Assembly: GCA_963850905.1 (NCBI GenBank)
Contig: CAWKMU010000003.1
Location: 1,952,001-2,016,000 of the forward strand
Source: an uncultured Gemmatimonadales bacterium
Lineage (GTDB): Bacteria; Gemmatimonadota; Gemmatimonadetes; Gemmatimonadales; Gemmatimonadaceae
Length of the DNA stretch: 64,000 nt
Direction of reading: 5' to 3'
In this document: positions 42,020-51,377 of the stretch, piece after piece
How positions within the stretch are numbered: position 1 is the stretch's first letter
How the letters are laid out: every line of letters begins with the position of its first letter
The notes under the pieces: model-generated
Database searches by the model: none
What the model saw: only the letters and a program-made list of their open reading frames with translations
What the model was told of the DNA's origin: nothing
Program-made: the position numbers and the translations under genes

Positions 42020-42118
42020 ACGCTGGACGCTAGATGACAAACCTCGGGGCCAGCGAAGCGCACTGCTCCTGGCCCCGAGGTTTTTTCAGCGTCCAGCGTC
42101 CAGCGTCCAACGTCTAGC
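42009..42118. repeat. Heptamer-arm hairpin element (TRGACGY)n...(GCGTCCA)n between convergent genes; also terminator-like
   Basis: tggacgttagacgctggacgctag, inner stem AACCTCGGGGCCAG...CTGGCCCCGAGGTT with a T6 run, then cagcgtccagcgtccagcgtccaacgtctag. Confidence 0.88.
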
Positions 42119-42121
42119 CTT

Positions 42122-42883
42122 TCAAATCCCAATCAACTTCGTCAGCCCGAACAGCACGACCGCGATGAGGCCGCCGAGGAGATAACCGGTCCGAATGATT
42201 AGCCGTAGCTCGCGATCGATCACGCCTCGAATCAGCTCTTCGATGCGATCCGGGCTGAAGGCCAGCACTTTGCGCTCGACCATCTCCTGGATGCGGAATC
42301 GCTCGACCAGGGCCGGGATGTGCTGTTCGATCCAGGACCAGATCGCCGGAGCGAGCACGCGCGCCAGGCGCTCGGCCGCGTCGGGGGGAAGCCAGCGTCC
42401 CGGACGCCCGATCGGTTTCTCGAGCGCTTCCACGATCCTGTCGACCGTGCGGTCGGTCAGCACGAGACGAGCGACCATCCGCTCGCGAAAGGGCAAGTCG
42501 TTGACGAAACGCGTCAAGAAATCCTGGATCGCGTGCTCGACGGCGGGGAGAATCTCGGACGGGATGATGGTCGCGAGCGAGCCGTGCTCCGTGTCGAGTG
42601 TGTCGGTCAGCAGGACGGCCAGCTGCCGCTCGAGGGCATCGCGCAGCCCGGAGCGGGCGATTTCCTCCATGAGATCGTGCGGCGTCAGGAGGCGTTCGCC
42701 GACTGTGCGGCCAATGCTCTTCGCGAGGCGCGGCTGGTTCTTGGGGATGGCGCCCTGAAAACCGAACCGCCGCTGCCGCGGTCGAAACAACATCCAGACA
42801 GCGACCGTGTCGGAGAATCCGCCGGCGATCGTACCGATCGCAACCTGCACGGCGAAGTTTATCCAGGGATTCTGTATCGCCAC
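42122..42883 (-). CDS. DUF445-family membrane protein
   Basis: N-terminal IAGGFSDTVAVWMLFRP...QGAIPKNQ and C-terminal RELRLIIRTGYLLGGLI. Confidence 0.75.
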   Translation of the reverse strand: MAIQNPWINFAVQVAIGTIAGGFSDTVAVWMLFRPRQRRFGFQGAIPKNQPRLAKSIGRTVGERLLTPHDLMEEIARSGLRDALERQLAVLLTDTLDTEHGSLATIIPSEILPAVEHAIQDFLTRFVNDLPFRERMVARLVLTDRTVDRIVEALEKPIGRPGRWLPPDAAERLARVLAPAIWSWIEQHIPALVERFRIQEMVERKVLAFSPDRIEELIRGVIDRELRLIIRTGYLLGGLIAVVLFGLTKLIGI

Positions 42884-42945
42884 GGGCCCGTTGGCGAAGA
42901 GCGGCGACTGGCGCTATCAGCTGGCGACGCGCGGCCGCTCATTCG

Positions 42946-45486
42946 TTACCGCAGTGTGTCGGCCGGAAGGTTCGGTGCGACGGGGGCAATCGGAGCCGGC
43001 GGCGATCGGACTCCGCCGTTCGGCGAGGGCACGCCAACGGACCCATCCCCCGATGCTGCGGTCGAATCGTCGACAGGCGGATGGTCCGCCAGCACTGCCG
43101 CCGACGAAGCGGCGCCAGCGCCCGCGGCGGGGAGCAGCGCGATCCGGAAGACATCATCCATCGTCCCGACGAACGTGAACACCATGTTCGCCCGGACCTC
43201 GTCGGGCACGTCGCGAAGGTCCTTCTCATTTGACCGAGGGAGGACGACCTCGCGGAGGCCGGCCCGGTACGCTGCGAGGACCTTCTCCTTGACGCCGCCG
43301 ATCTCGAGTGCCTTCCCTCGGAGCGTCACTTCGCCCGTCATCGCGACATCGCGCCGCACGGCGCGGCGGGACAGCGCGCTCGCGATCGCCAGGGTGACGG
43401 CGATGCCGGCACTGGGTCCGTCTTTCGGGACGGCACCGGCAGGGAAGTGGATGTGGAGGTCAGTTTCCTTGAACTCCTTGTCCTCGATGCCCAGCACGCC
43501 GGCCCGCGAGCGCACGTACGAATGCGCGGCATCGACGGATTCGCGCATGACGTCGCCCAGCTGTCCAGTCACGGTGAGCCGTCCGGTACCCGGCATCCGC
43601 AACGCTTCGATCACCATCAAGTCTCCGCCGGTCGCGGTCCATGCCAGACCGGTCACGGCGCCGACTTCGGGCTCCTTCTCCGCTTCCTCGAACGGGTAGC
43701 GCGGCACACCCAGGATCTCCTCGACCCGCGCGAGGTCGATCACCCACGCGCCTTCCTCGCCCTCGGCCTTCTTGCGAGCACGCTTGCGCATGATGGCGGC
43801 CAAGTTGCGCTCGAAGTTTCGGAGCCCCGCCTCGCGCGAGTATCGGCTCGAGATGAAACCAAGGACCTCGTCGGTGAATTGCAGGTCCTTATCGGTGATG
43901 CCGTGCTCCTCGAACAACCGGGGCAGCATGTATCGCCACGCGATCTCGACCTTCTCCTCGACCGTGTAGCCGGCGATGCGAATCACCTCCATGCGGTCGC
44001 GGAGGGGCGCGGGGATGTCGAAGAGATTGTTGGCCGTGCAGATGAAGAGACAGGCCGACAGATCGAAGGGGAGATTCAGGTAGTGGTCGACGAACGAGTT
44101 GTTCTGCGAGGGATCGAGCACTTCCAGCATCGCGGCCGTCGGGTCACCAGACGGCCCGCCGCCCGTCATCTTGTCGATCTCGTCGATCATCAGCACCGGG
44201 TCCTTCACCTGCACTCGCCGCAGCGATTGCAGGATGAGACCGGGCATCGAGCCCACGTAGGTGCGACGGTGGCCGCGGATTTCCGCTTCATCGCGGACGC
44301 CACCTACCGAGATACGATAGAACTCCCGGCCGATCGCGGCGGCGATCGCCTCGCCCAGCGATGTCTTGCCCGTGCCCGGTGGACCGACGAAGCAGAGAAT
44401 GGGGCCGTGCGGATCACCGCCGCGCAGCTTGCGGACGGCGAGAAACTCGAGGATGCGCTCCTTCGCTTCGCGCAACCCGTAGTGGCGGCCATCGAGGGCA
44501 CTCTCGACCTTCGCGAGCGCGATCTCCTCATCGCCCGAGCGCTTGTGCCAGGGCAACGCGAGGATCCAATCGAGATACGTCCGAATGACCTGATACTCGC
44601 TCGACGCTGGCGAGAGCATGCGCATCCGCTCGGTTTCGCGGCGCGCCTCCTGTCCCACTTTTTCCGGCAGATTCGCCTCGTCGATCTTCTTGAGCGTGTC
44701 GATCGTCTCCTTCTCGCCGGGGTCGGTTTCACCGAGCTCCGTCTGGATGGCTCGCAGCTGCTGGCGGAGATAGAACTCGCGCTGATGCTGCTCGATCTTG
44801 ATTTCCGTCTGCCGCTTGACGTCCTCCATGACACGCGCGCGGGCGACTTCGCGCTCGAGCCGCGTGAGGATGAACCGCAGCCGCTGTCCGACGTCGAGCC
44901 GCTGCAGCACCTCGTCCTTGTCGGAGATGCGGAAGTTCATGTTGGTGGATGCGAGATCGGCAAAGCGTCCCGGGTCGGACACGTTCATCTTGAGGATGGC
45001 GGGGACCTCGTCCGGAATGCGGTCGATGAGGTCCGCCAGCGTCTCGGCGGCGGACGCGACGCGCGTCACGAGCTCCTCGATCTCCTTCGGGTCCGAGATC
45101 GTTTCCTTGGCGGGCTTGACGGCCGCGACGACGAAGGGCTGGGTCTGTCGGATCTCGTCGACGACGATCCGCCGCAGGCCTTGCAGCGTGATCTGCACGG
45201 TGTCGCCCGGCAGGTTGATGCGCTCATGCACGCGGGCCGCTACGCCGACCCGCCCGATGAACTGCTTGGCGTCGATCGGCTCATCGTGATCCCCACTCGC
45301 GACGACGAGCGCCACGATGAGGCCCGGCTCCTCGTTGGCCCGCAGCAGCGCGAGATTCTCCGGCGCCCCCATCTGCACGGCGATGGTGCCCAGCGGATAG
45401 ACGATGGTCGACCGCAGCGCCATGAGCGGTAGCGCGGGCGGCAACTCGGACTTGAGGATCTCTTCTTTCCGCTGCGGTCGGGGCAT
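42946..45486 (-). CDS. lon: ATP-dependent Lon protease (copy 2)
   Basis: LPLMALRSTIVYP, GPPGTGKT, RGHRRTYVG, MIDEIDK, PKDGPSAG, IGGVKEK. Confidence 0.96.
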   Translation of the reverse strand: MPRPQRKEEILKSELPPALPLMALRSTIVYPLGTIAVQMGAPENLALLRANEEPGLIVALVVASGDHDEPIDAKQFIGRVGVAARVHERINLPGDTVQITLQGLRRIVVDEIRQTQPFVVAAVKPAKETISDPKEIEELVTRVASAAETLADLIDRIPDEVPAILKMNVSDPGRFADLASTNMNFRISDKDEVLQRLDVGQRLRFILTRLEREVARARVMEDVKRQTEIKIEQHQREFYLRQQLRAIQTELGETDPGEKETIDTLKKIDEANLPEKVGQEARRETERMRMLSPASSEYQVIRTYLDWILALPWHKRSGDEEIALAKVESALDGRHYGLREAKERILEFLAVRKLRGGDPHGPILCFVGPPGTGKTSLGEAIAAAIGREFYRISVGGVRDEAEIRGHRRTYVGSMPGLILQSLRRVQVKDPVLMIDEIDKMTGGGPSGDPTAAMLEVLDPSQNNSFVDHYLNLPFDLSACLFICTANNLFDIPAPLRDRMEVIRIAGYTVEEKVEIAWRYMLPRLFEEHGITDKDLQFTDEVLGFISSRYSREAGLRNFERNLAAIMRKRARKKAEGEEGAWVIDLARVEEILGVPRYPFEEAEKEPEVGAVTGLAWTATGGDLMVIEALRMPGTGRLTVTGQLGDVMRESVDAAHSYVRSRAGVLGIEDKEFKETDLHIHFPAGAVPKDGPSAGIAVTLAIASALSRRAVRRDVAMTGEVTLRGKALEIGGVKEKVLAAYRAGLREVVLPRSNEKDLRDVPDEVRANMVFTFVGTMDDVFRIALLPAAGAGAASSAAVLADHPPVDDSTAASGDGSVGVPSPNGGVRSPPAPIAPVAPNLPADTLR

Positions 45487-45524
45487 GGGGGGCGGTGAAG
45501 GCTGTGGGGAAGAGACGAAAAGAC

Positions 45525-45631
45525 GGGGTCAGGGATCAGGGGTCAGGGACAAACTGCGAAGCCATTCACGCTCGCGGGGATTCGCGTTCGCCGTTGGTTC
45601 CCTAACCCCTGATCCCCGACCCCTGATCCCT
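45525..45631. repeat. Heptamer-arm hairpin element (CAGGGRT)n...(AYCCCTG)n between divergent lon2 and ffh
   Basis: ggggtcagggatcaggggtcaggga ... tccctaacccctgatccccgacccctgatccct. Confidence 0.85.
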
Positions 45632-45678
45632 ATCTTCTTCCTTGTCGCAAATCATAATCTGGTCTACGTTTAAAGGCT

Positions 45679-47019
45679 ATGTTCGATGAGCTGAGCGAGA
45701 AGCTCGAAGCCACGTTTGCGCGGCTGCGCGGCCGAGGCGTCCTGACGCCGGCCGATATCAAGGAGGGCCTGCGCGAAGTGCGTCGGGTCCTCCTCGAGGC
45801 CGATGTCAACTTTCAATTGACGCGCGAGTTCCTCGAGCGTGTCGAGAAGGCCGCGGGGGGCGTCAACGCCCTCCGGTCCGTTTCGCCGGCGCAGCAGCTG
45901 GTCAAGATCGTCCACGATGAGCTCGTGGCGATGCTGGGCGAGCGCCGCGAGGGATTGCGTCTCAGCTCGGTACCGCCGACGGTTGTCATGCTCGTGGGGT
46001 TGCAGGGGTCTGGCAAGACGACCACGGCTGCGAAGCTCGCGCGCAAGCTCGCCGCCGAAGGCCGGCCGACGCGGCTGATTGCAGCGGACGTGTATCGTCC
46101 CGCCGCGATCGATCAGCTGGAGACGCTGGGTGCGGAGCTGGACATTCCAGTCTACGCCGACCGCGGCACGCAGGACGTCGTGCGCATCGCGAAGCACGGG
46201 ATCGAGCAGTCTCGCAAGGCTCGGGACCGAGTCACCATCATCGACACGGCAGGCCGGCTGCAGATCGATGAGGAGATGATGCGTGAGCTCGCACATCTCA
46301 AGGACGCCGTCCATCCGGACGAGATCCTCCTCGTCGCCGACGGGATGACCGGACAGGATGCCGTGCGCATCGCGCAGGGCTTCGATCAGGCCCTGGGCGT
46401 GACGGGAGTGATTCTCACGAAGATGGATGGCGATGCGCGGGGTGGCGCGGCGCTCTCGATCTACGGCGTGCTGAAGAAGCCGATCAAGTACATCGGTGTC
46501 GGTGAGAAGTCCGATGCGCTGGAGGATTTCCACCCGGACCGGCTCGCGAGTCGGATCCTCCAAATGGGTGACGTGCTCACGCTCGTCGAGAAGGCGCAAT
46601 CCGCGTTCGATGAGGAAGAAGCGCGCAAGCTGGAAAAGAAAGTGCGCAAGGAGGGCCTCGACCTGCAGGACTTTCTGTCTGCGATGCGGCAGATGCAGAA
46701 ACTGGGTCCGCTCGAGGGCGTGCTCAAGATGTTGCCGGGTGTGAATGCGAAGATGTTGAAGCAGGCGAATCTCGACCCCAAACGACTGAAGCATCTCGAG
46801 GCGATCGTGCTGTCGATGACGCCGGAGGAGCGGGCCAATCCGTCCCTGATCAACGGCTCGCGGCGCGCCCGGGTGGCCAAGGGCGCGGGGCGGCCCATCA
46901 GCGAGGTCAATCGTTTGCTCGAGCAGTTCCGCGACATGCAGCGGATGATGAAGAAGGCCGGTAGTGGTGGCATGCGCGGCATGCGCGGTCTGCCGCCCGG
47001 CATGATGGGAATGCGATAG
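45679..47019 (+). CDS. ffh: Signal recognition particle protein
   Basis: LLEADV, GLQGSGKTT, DVYRPAA, DTAGR, TKMDGDARGG, Met-rich M domain. Confidence 0.98.
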   Translation: MFDELSEKLEATFARLRGRGVLTPADIKEGLREVRRVLLEADVNFQLTREFLERVEKAAGGVNALRSVSPAQQLVKIVHDELVAMLGERREGLRLSSVPPTVVMLVGLQGSGKTTTAAKLARKLAAEGRPTRLIAADVYRPAAIDQLETLGAELDIPVYADRGTQDVVRIAKHGIEQSRKARDRVTIIDTAGRLQIDEEMMRELAHLKDAVHPDEILLVADGMTGQDAVRIAQGFDQALGVTGVILTKMDGDARGGAALSIYGVLKKPIKYIGVGEKSDALEDFHPDRLASRILQMGDVLTLVEKAQSAFDEEEARKLEKKVRKEGLDLQDFLSAMRQMQKLGPLEGVLKMLPGVNAKMLKQANLDPKRLKHLEAIVLSMTPEERANPSLINGSRRARVAKGAGRPISEVNRLLEQFRDMQRMMKKAGSGGMRGMRGLPPGMMGMR

Positions 47020-47114
47020 GGCGGTTTCCAGGCGCGACCCGGAGAGACCGGAATACGCGAGGAGCCTGGGTGTACCCGGCGCGTGCACGCACGCGCGATC
47101 AAGGAGATTGAACA

Positions 47115-47465
47115 ATGGTTCGGATTCGTTTACGCCGTGTTGGTCGGAAGAACGCCCCCGTGTTTCGGATCGTGGTCGCGGATTCCGAGAGTCCGCGCGA
47201 TGGGCGGTTCATCGAGGTGATCGGGCAGTACGCGCCGAGGGAAGCGGCAGCCGACGGGAGCAAGAAAGGCCGCCTTTCGCTGCAGGTGGATCGTGCCAAC
47301 CATTGGCTTGATGTCGGGGCGCAGCCCAGCGACACCGTTCGGTCGCTGCTCCGGCGGGCGGGTCTCCTGACGGCACGCCACGAGACACGCATTGGCCGCC
47401 AGCGGGCCGCGACGGCCGTGCCGCTGGGCGACGAGGCGGGCGGGAGCGCCGCAGCCGAGCGTTGA
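47115..47465 (+). CDS. rpsP: 30S ribosomal protein S16
   Basis: MVRIRLRRVGRK, RIVVADSESPRDGRFIE, GAQPSDTV. Confidence 0.97.
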   Translation: MVRIRLRRVGRKNAPVFRIVVADSESPRDGRFIEVIGQYAPREAAADGSKKGRLSLQVDRANHWLDVGAQPSDTVRSLLRRAGLLTARHETRIGRQRAATAVPLGDEAGGSAAAER

Positions 47466-47466
47466 C

Positions 47467-48021
47467 GTGTCGGTGCCCGCGCACCTGATCGTTGGGCGCG
47501 TCCGTCGGGCACACGGGATCAGAGGCGAGGTGGTGGTCGAGGCGCTGACGGACGACGCGGAGGTGTGCTTCGCGGTCGGTGGGCGGCTCCTCGTTGGTAC
47601 GATGACTGGCGAGCTGCCACCTCCTGATGCACCTGGGCCGCGCGAGCTGACGATCCGCCGCGCGGCTCCGTTCAAGGGCGCATGGATCCTGCGCTTTGCG
47701 GAGATCGCTGATCGCAGCGCGGCGGAGCAGTGGCGCGACCGCTACCTGCTCGTGCCCGCAGACGAAGTCGCTCCGCCCTCCGCCGATCAGATCTTCTTCC
47801 ATGACCTCATCGGTATGCGCGTGGAGCGCCCCGACGGACGCGAAGTCGGCCATATCGCGGCGCTGTACGACCTGCCGCAGGGTGTGCTCCTCGACATCCA
47901 GACCCCGCGAGGCGGCACGATGCTGCCGTATGGCCCGCCAATGGTCGTGCGAGTCGATCTGGAACGCAGAACGGTGATCGTGGACCCACCCGCCGGACTG
48001 CTGGACGACGACGAATCCTAG
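47467..48021 (+). CDS. rimM: Ribosome maturation factor RimM
   Basis: VGRVRRAHGIRGEV, FFHDLIG, VDPPAGLLD; operon position. Confidence 0.9.
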   Translation: MSVPAHLIVGRVRRAHGIRGEVVVEALTDDAEVCFAVGGRLLVGTMTGELPPPDAPGPRELTIRRAAPFKGAWILRFAEIADRSAAEQWRDRYLLVPADEVAPPSADQIFFHDLIGMRVERPDGREVGHIAALYDLPQGVLLDIQTPRGGTMLPYGPPMVVRVDLERRTVIVDPPAGLLDDDES

Positions 48022-48031
48022 GGGGTCCCCC

Positions 48032-48739
48032 GTGCTGCGCATCACGGTCGTCACCATCTTCCCTGAGTTCTTTCACGGACCGCTCGCGGTCAGTATTCCC
48101 GCGCGAGCCGCAGCTGCCGGCGCGGTCAGCTATCGGATCGTGGACCTGCGGGAGTACACACACGACCGCCATCGCACGGTCGACGACTCCCCCTACGGGG
48201 GTGGGTCGGGGATGGTGATGAAGCCGGCGCCGTTCTTCGAAGCGATCGATGCGCTGGGGGCCGGGCCGCCCGTCGTGCTCCTCTCGGCCCGGGGGGAGCA
48301 CTTCGCTCACGCGGATGCGGTGCGTTATGCCTCGGCCGAGGAACTGACTCTGCTCTGCGGTCACTACAAGGACGTGGACCAGCGGGTCGCCGACTTTCTC
48401 GCGACGGAAGAACGGTCGATCGGGGACGTTGTCCTGAGCGGCGGCGAACCGGCGGCACTCGCCGTGATCGACGCCACGGTGCGTCTGCTCCCCGGTGCGA
48501 TCTCCGATCCCGAAAGCGCGCGCGGCGACTCGTTCTACGAGCGGGGGCTGAGCGCCCCGAGCTACACACGGCCCCCGGAGTACCGCGGGCATAGGGTGCC
48601 GGAGGTGCTGCTATCGGGCGATCACCAGCGGATTGCGGAGTGGCGAAGGGCTGAAGGTGAGAAACGGGACGCTGAACGACTGAGGGGTAGGGCAGAAATG
48701 CGGGGTCAAGGGCCAGGGGCCAGGGGCCAGGGGAGCTAA
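48032..48739 (+). CDS. trmD: tRNA (guanine-N1)-methyltransferase
   Basis: VDDSPYGGGSGMV, SIGDVVLSGGE, YTRPPEYRG, VPEVLLSGDH. Confidence 0.96.
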   Translation: MLRITVVTIFPEFFHGPLAVSIPARAAAAGAVSYRIVDLREYTHDRHRTVDDSPYGGGSGMVMKPAPFFEAIDALGAGPPVVLLSARGEHFAHADAVRYASAEELTLLCGHYKDVDQRVADFLATEERSIGDVVLSGGEPAALAVIDATVRLLPGAISDPESARGDSFYERGLSAPSYTRPPEYRGHRVPEVLLSGDHQRIAEWRRAEGEKRDAERLRGRAEMRGQGPGARGQGS

Positions 48740-48826
48740 CCACCACGGCCAGTCGCGTCGCGTTGGACGGTGACGTTTGTTCCCTGGCCCCCGATCCCCG
48801 ATCCCCGATCCCCGACCCCTGACCCG
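48701..48826. repeat. Heptamer-arm hairpin element (CAGGGGC)n...(ATCCCCG)n overlapping the trmD 3' end
   Basis: cggggtcaagggccaggggccaggggccagggga ... tccctggcccccgatccccgatccccgatccccgacccctgacccg. Confidence 0.85.
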
Positions 48827-48905
48827 CAGTTCGCCGTTTCCCTGTCATCTCGCGTCTCGCCTCGCTAAATTCTTCAGTCTGTCGTCTATCACCAGAGAGC
48901 ATCCT

Positions 48906-49283
48906 ATGCACGAATTCAGCGAGACTGAGAAGACGTGGTTGCGCGCTGACATCCCCGTGTTTCGCGCGGGAGACACGTTGCGCGTGAACGTGCGCGTCGT
49001 TGAGGGAGAGAAGGAGCGGCTGCAGGCGTTCGAGGGCGTGTGCATTGCGCGGCGCGGCGGGGGCGTGAGCGAGACGTTCACGGTGCGCAAGGTCTCCAAC
49101 GGCGTCGGCGTCGAGCGGATCTTCCCCGTGCATAGCCCCATGATCGGTGAGATCACGGTAGTCCGGCGCGGTCGAGTCCGTCGGGCCAAGTTGTACTATC
49201 TCCGCCACCTGACCGGAAAGGCGACTCGCATCCGGGAGAAGAAGACCAAGGTCACCGTCCCGACCACCGGGACCCCGGAGTGA
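48906..49283 (+). CDS. rplS: 50S ribosomal protein L19
   Basis: [45 protein letters not shown]. Confidence 0.97.
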   Translation: MHEFSETEKTWLRADIPVFRAGDTLRVNVRVVEGEKERLQAFEGVCIARRGGGVSETFTVRKVSNGVGVERIFPVHSPMIGEITVVRRGRVRRAKLYYLRHLTGKATRIREKKTKVTVPTTGTPE

Positions 49284-49315
49284 TCGCCCGCTAGGCGCAG
49301 CGACCACGACGGCGC

Positions 49316-50197
49316 GTGGGAGCGGGTACGTCCTCCCACATTGACGAGCCGAGCGGCGACGAACGGAAGCCGAGCCCCCGCGCTGAGCGGGATCGGTCGC
49401 CTGGGCGACCTGTCAAAGTGCGTCGCTGGAGCGGGATCGAGCGCCAGTTGCGGCAGGAGTACGGGCCGCTGTTGGCCGGCGTCGATGAAGTGGGGCGGGG
49501 TCCGCTGGCCGGCCCCGTCGTGGCCTGCGCGGTGGTCATGCCGCCTGACGCGCGAGCAATTCGGGGCGTCGACGATTCGAAACAGCTGACCAGAGCACAG
49601 CGCGAGCGATTGGCGTGCGTGATTCGCGCGCGAGCGCTGGCCGTGGGCCTCGGCGCGGCGTCCCGCCGGGAGATCGATCGGCTCAACGTCTTTCAGGCGA
49701 CGGTGCTCGCGATGCGACGCGCGCTCTCGCGCCTGGCGGTGACGCCGCATCACGTCGTCGTCGACGGCCTGCCGCTGCGGACCTTGGGCGTCGCGCATCG
49801 CTCGGTCGTCGGGGGCGACGCGCGATGCTACTCGATCGCCTGCGCGTCCATCGTGGCCAAGGTCACACGGGACCGCGTGATGCGTGCGCTGGGATCGCGC
49901 CACCCGGAGTATCACTGGTCGCACAACGTCGGCTACGCCACGCCCGCGCACCTGGCGGGGATCGATCGGCACGGGATCTCGGCGCACCACCGCCGGCGGT
50001 TCTGGCGGGTCGCCCAGACGATGCTCGCCCTGGGGGACGCGGTGGTCGACCTCGCGACGGAGGTGGACGCGGAGGTCGCGCTGGCCGACGCCGCGCTCGC
50101 GGACGGCGCGCTCGACGACGGTCTGCTCACCGACTCGAGCGTCCTCGAGATCGAGGACGAGGGAGACGGCTCGCGCGAGGTCGTTGCCGGTGCCTGA
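49316..50197 (+). CDS. rnhB: Ribonuclease HII with acidic C-terminal tail (start uncertain)
   Basis: AGVDEVGRGPLAGPV, DDSKQL, VDG, GDARCYSIACASIVAKVTRD, GYATPAH. Confidence 0.93.
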   Translation: MGAGTSSHIDEPSGDERKPSPRAERDRSPGRPVKVRRWSGIERQLRQEYGPLLAGVDEVGRGPLAGPVVACAVVMPPDARAIRGVDDSKQLTRAQRERLACVIRARALAVGLGAASRREIDRLNVFQATVLAMRRALSRLAVTPHHVVVDGLPLRTLGVAHRSVVGGDARCYSIACASIVAKVTRDRVMRALGSRHPEYHWSHNVGYATPAHLAGIDRHGISAHHRRRFWRVAQTMLALGDAVVDLATEVDAEVALADAALADGALDDGLLTDSSVLEIEDEGDGSREVVAGA

Positions 50198-51146
50198 CCA
50201 GGATGCTGCTGGCGGTGCCGGCGCTGCGTCAGCGGCACGCGCGGCCGAGGAAAGTCCCACTTCGGTGTTCCGACCGGGCCTGTTGGCGGGGCACGTCGCC
50301 CTCATCACCGGTGGCGGAAGCGGCATCGGATTTGGCATCAGCGAGCTGCTGGCTGCGCTGGGCGCGCATGTCGTCCTGGCGAGCCGGAAACAGGAGAACC
50401 TGGAAGCTGCGGCGGGGCGGATTCGCGCCCGAGGAGGTCAGGCGAGTGTCGTGGCGGTCGACGTGCGAGACGCCGATGCGGTGAAGCGCATGGTGGCGCA
50501 GGTCGCGGACGCGCGCGGACGCATCGACGCCCTCATCAACTGCGCGGCCGGGAACTTCTACGCGCCGTCGGCGACGTTGAGCGTCAACGCTTGGCGATCC
50601 GTCGTCGAGATCGATTTGTACGGCACGTTCTTCGTCTCGCAGGCCGTGGCCCCCGTCATGCGCGAGCAGGGAGGGGGACGGATCATCAACATCTCCATGA
50701 CGCTGCACTACCGCGGGTGGCCGCAGATGGCGCACGCGACCGCCGCGAAAGCCGGCATCGATGCGCTGACGCGGACCCTCGCCGTCGAATGGGCGCCCTG
50801 GGGGATTCGCGTCAACGCGATCGCCCCGGGGCCCATCCCGACGGAGGGCGTGCGCAAGGCGTTCGCGTTGCAGCGCGGGCCGTTGCCCCGCGGCAGTGGA
50901 GCGGACGTGCCACCCGGGGGCGGTGGCGAGTCGCCGACAGCGGCGACCGGTCCTGCCGACGTGTTTGTGCTGGACGCCGCGCTCGCGGATTACGCGAAGC
51001 GCGCGATTCCGGCCGGCCGGTGGGGCACGCCGCGCGACATTGCGAACATGGTGGCCTTCCTCGCGTCGTCCGCGGGCGACTGGATCACAGGCGCGATTCT
51101 TGTTGTTGATGGCGGCGAGTGGCTGCAGCGCACCCCGATCGGCTGA
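50190..51146 (+). CDS. SDR oxidoreductase, 2,4-dienoyl-CoA reductase-like
   Basis: TGGGSGIG, NCAAGNF, HATAAKAG, RVNAIAPGPI, VVDGG; start GTG 50190 inferred. Confidence 0.82.
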   Translation: MPDQDAAGGAGAASAARAAEESPTSVFRPGLLAGHVALITGGGSGIGFGISELLAALGAHVVLASRKQENLEAAAGRIRARGGQASVVAVDVRDADAVKRMVAQVADARGRIDALINCAAGNFYAPSATLSVNAWRSVVEIDLYGTFFVSQAVAPVMREQGGGRIINISMTLHYRGWPQMAHATAAKAGIDALTRTLAVEWAPWGIRVNAIAPGPIPTEGVRKAFALQRGPLPRGSGADVPPGGGGESPTAATGPADVFVLDAALADYAKRAIPAGRWGTPRDIANMVAFLASSAGDWITGAILVVDGGEWLQRTPIG

Positions 51147-51153
51147 TGGCCGT

Positions 51154-51261
51154 GGTGATGTAGGTCACAATTGAGCGTGATGTGAATGCTTTCGCGCGGG
51201 GGCGCGAGGCTGCGCATCACAAAGTTCTCAAAAAATCCTGCCGGATGTGACACGCGTCACA
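51154..51261. promoter_or_regulatory. CRP/FNR-family operator-like palindromes upstream of the OmpA-family gene
   Basis: Perfect TGTGA-N6-TCACA at 51246-51261; GGTGA-N6-TCACA at 51154-51169; weaker TGTGA-N6-TCGCG at 51181-51196. Confidence 0.55.
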
Positions 51262-51377
51262 ACCGGGAATGTGATGGTTGGTGTACATTTTGTACTTGTG
51301 ACCGGTTAAGGTTGCGCAACAGCTATCACAATGCGCGGTTGGGTCGTCACGGTGTAACACGAGGGGGAGATTTCACT

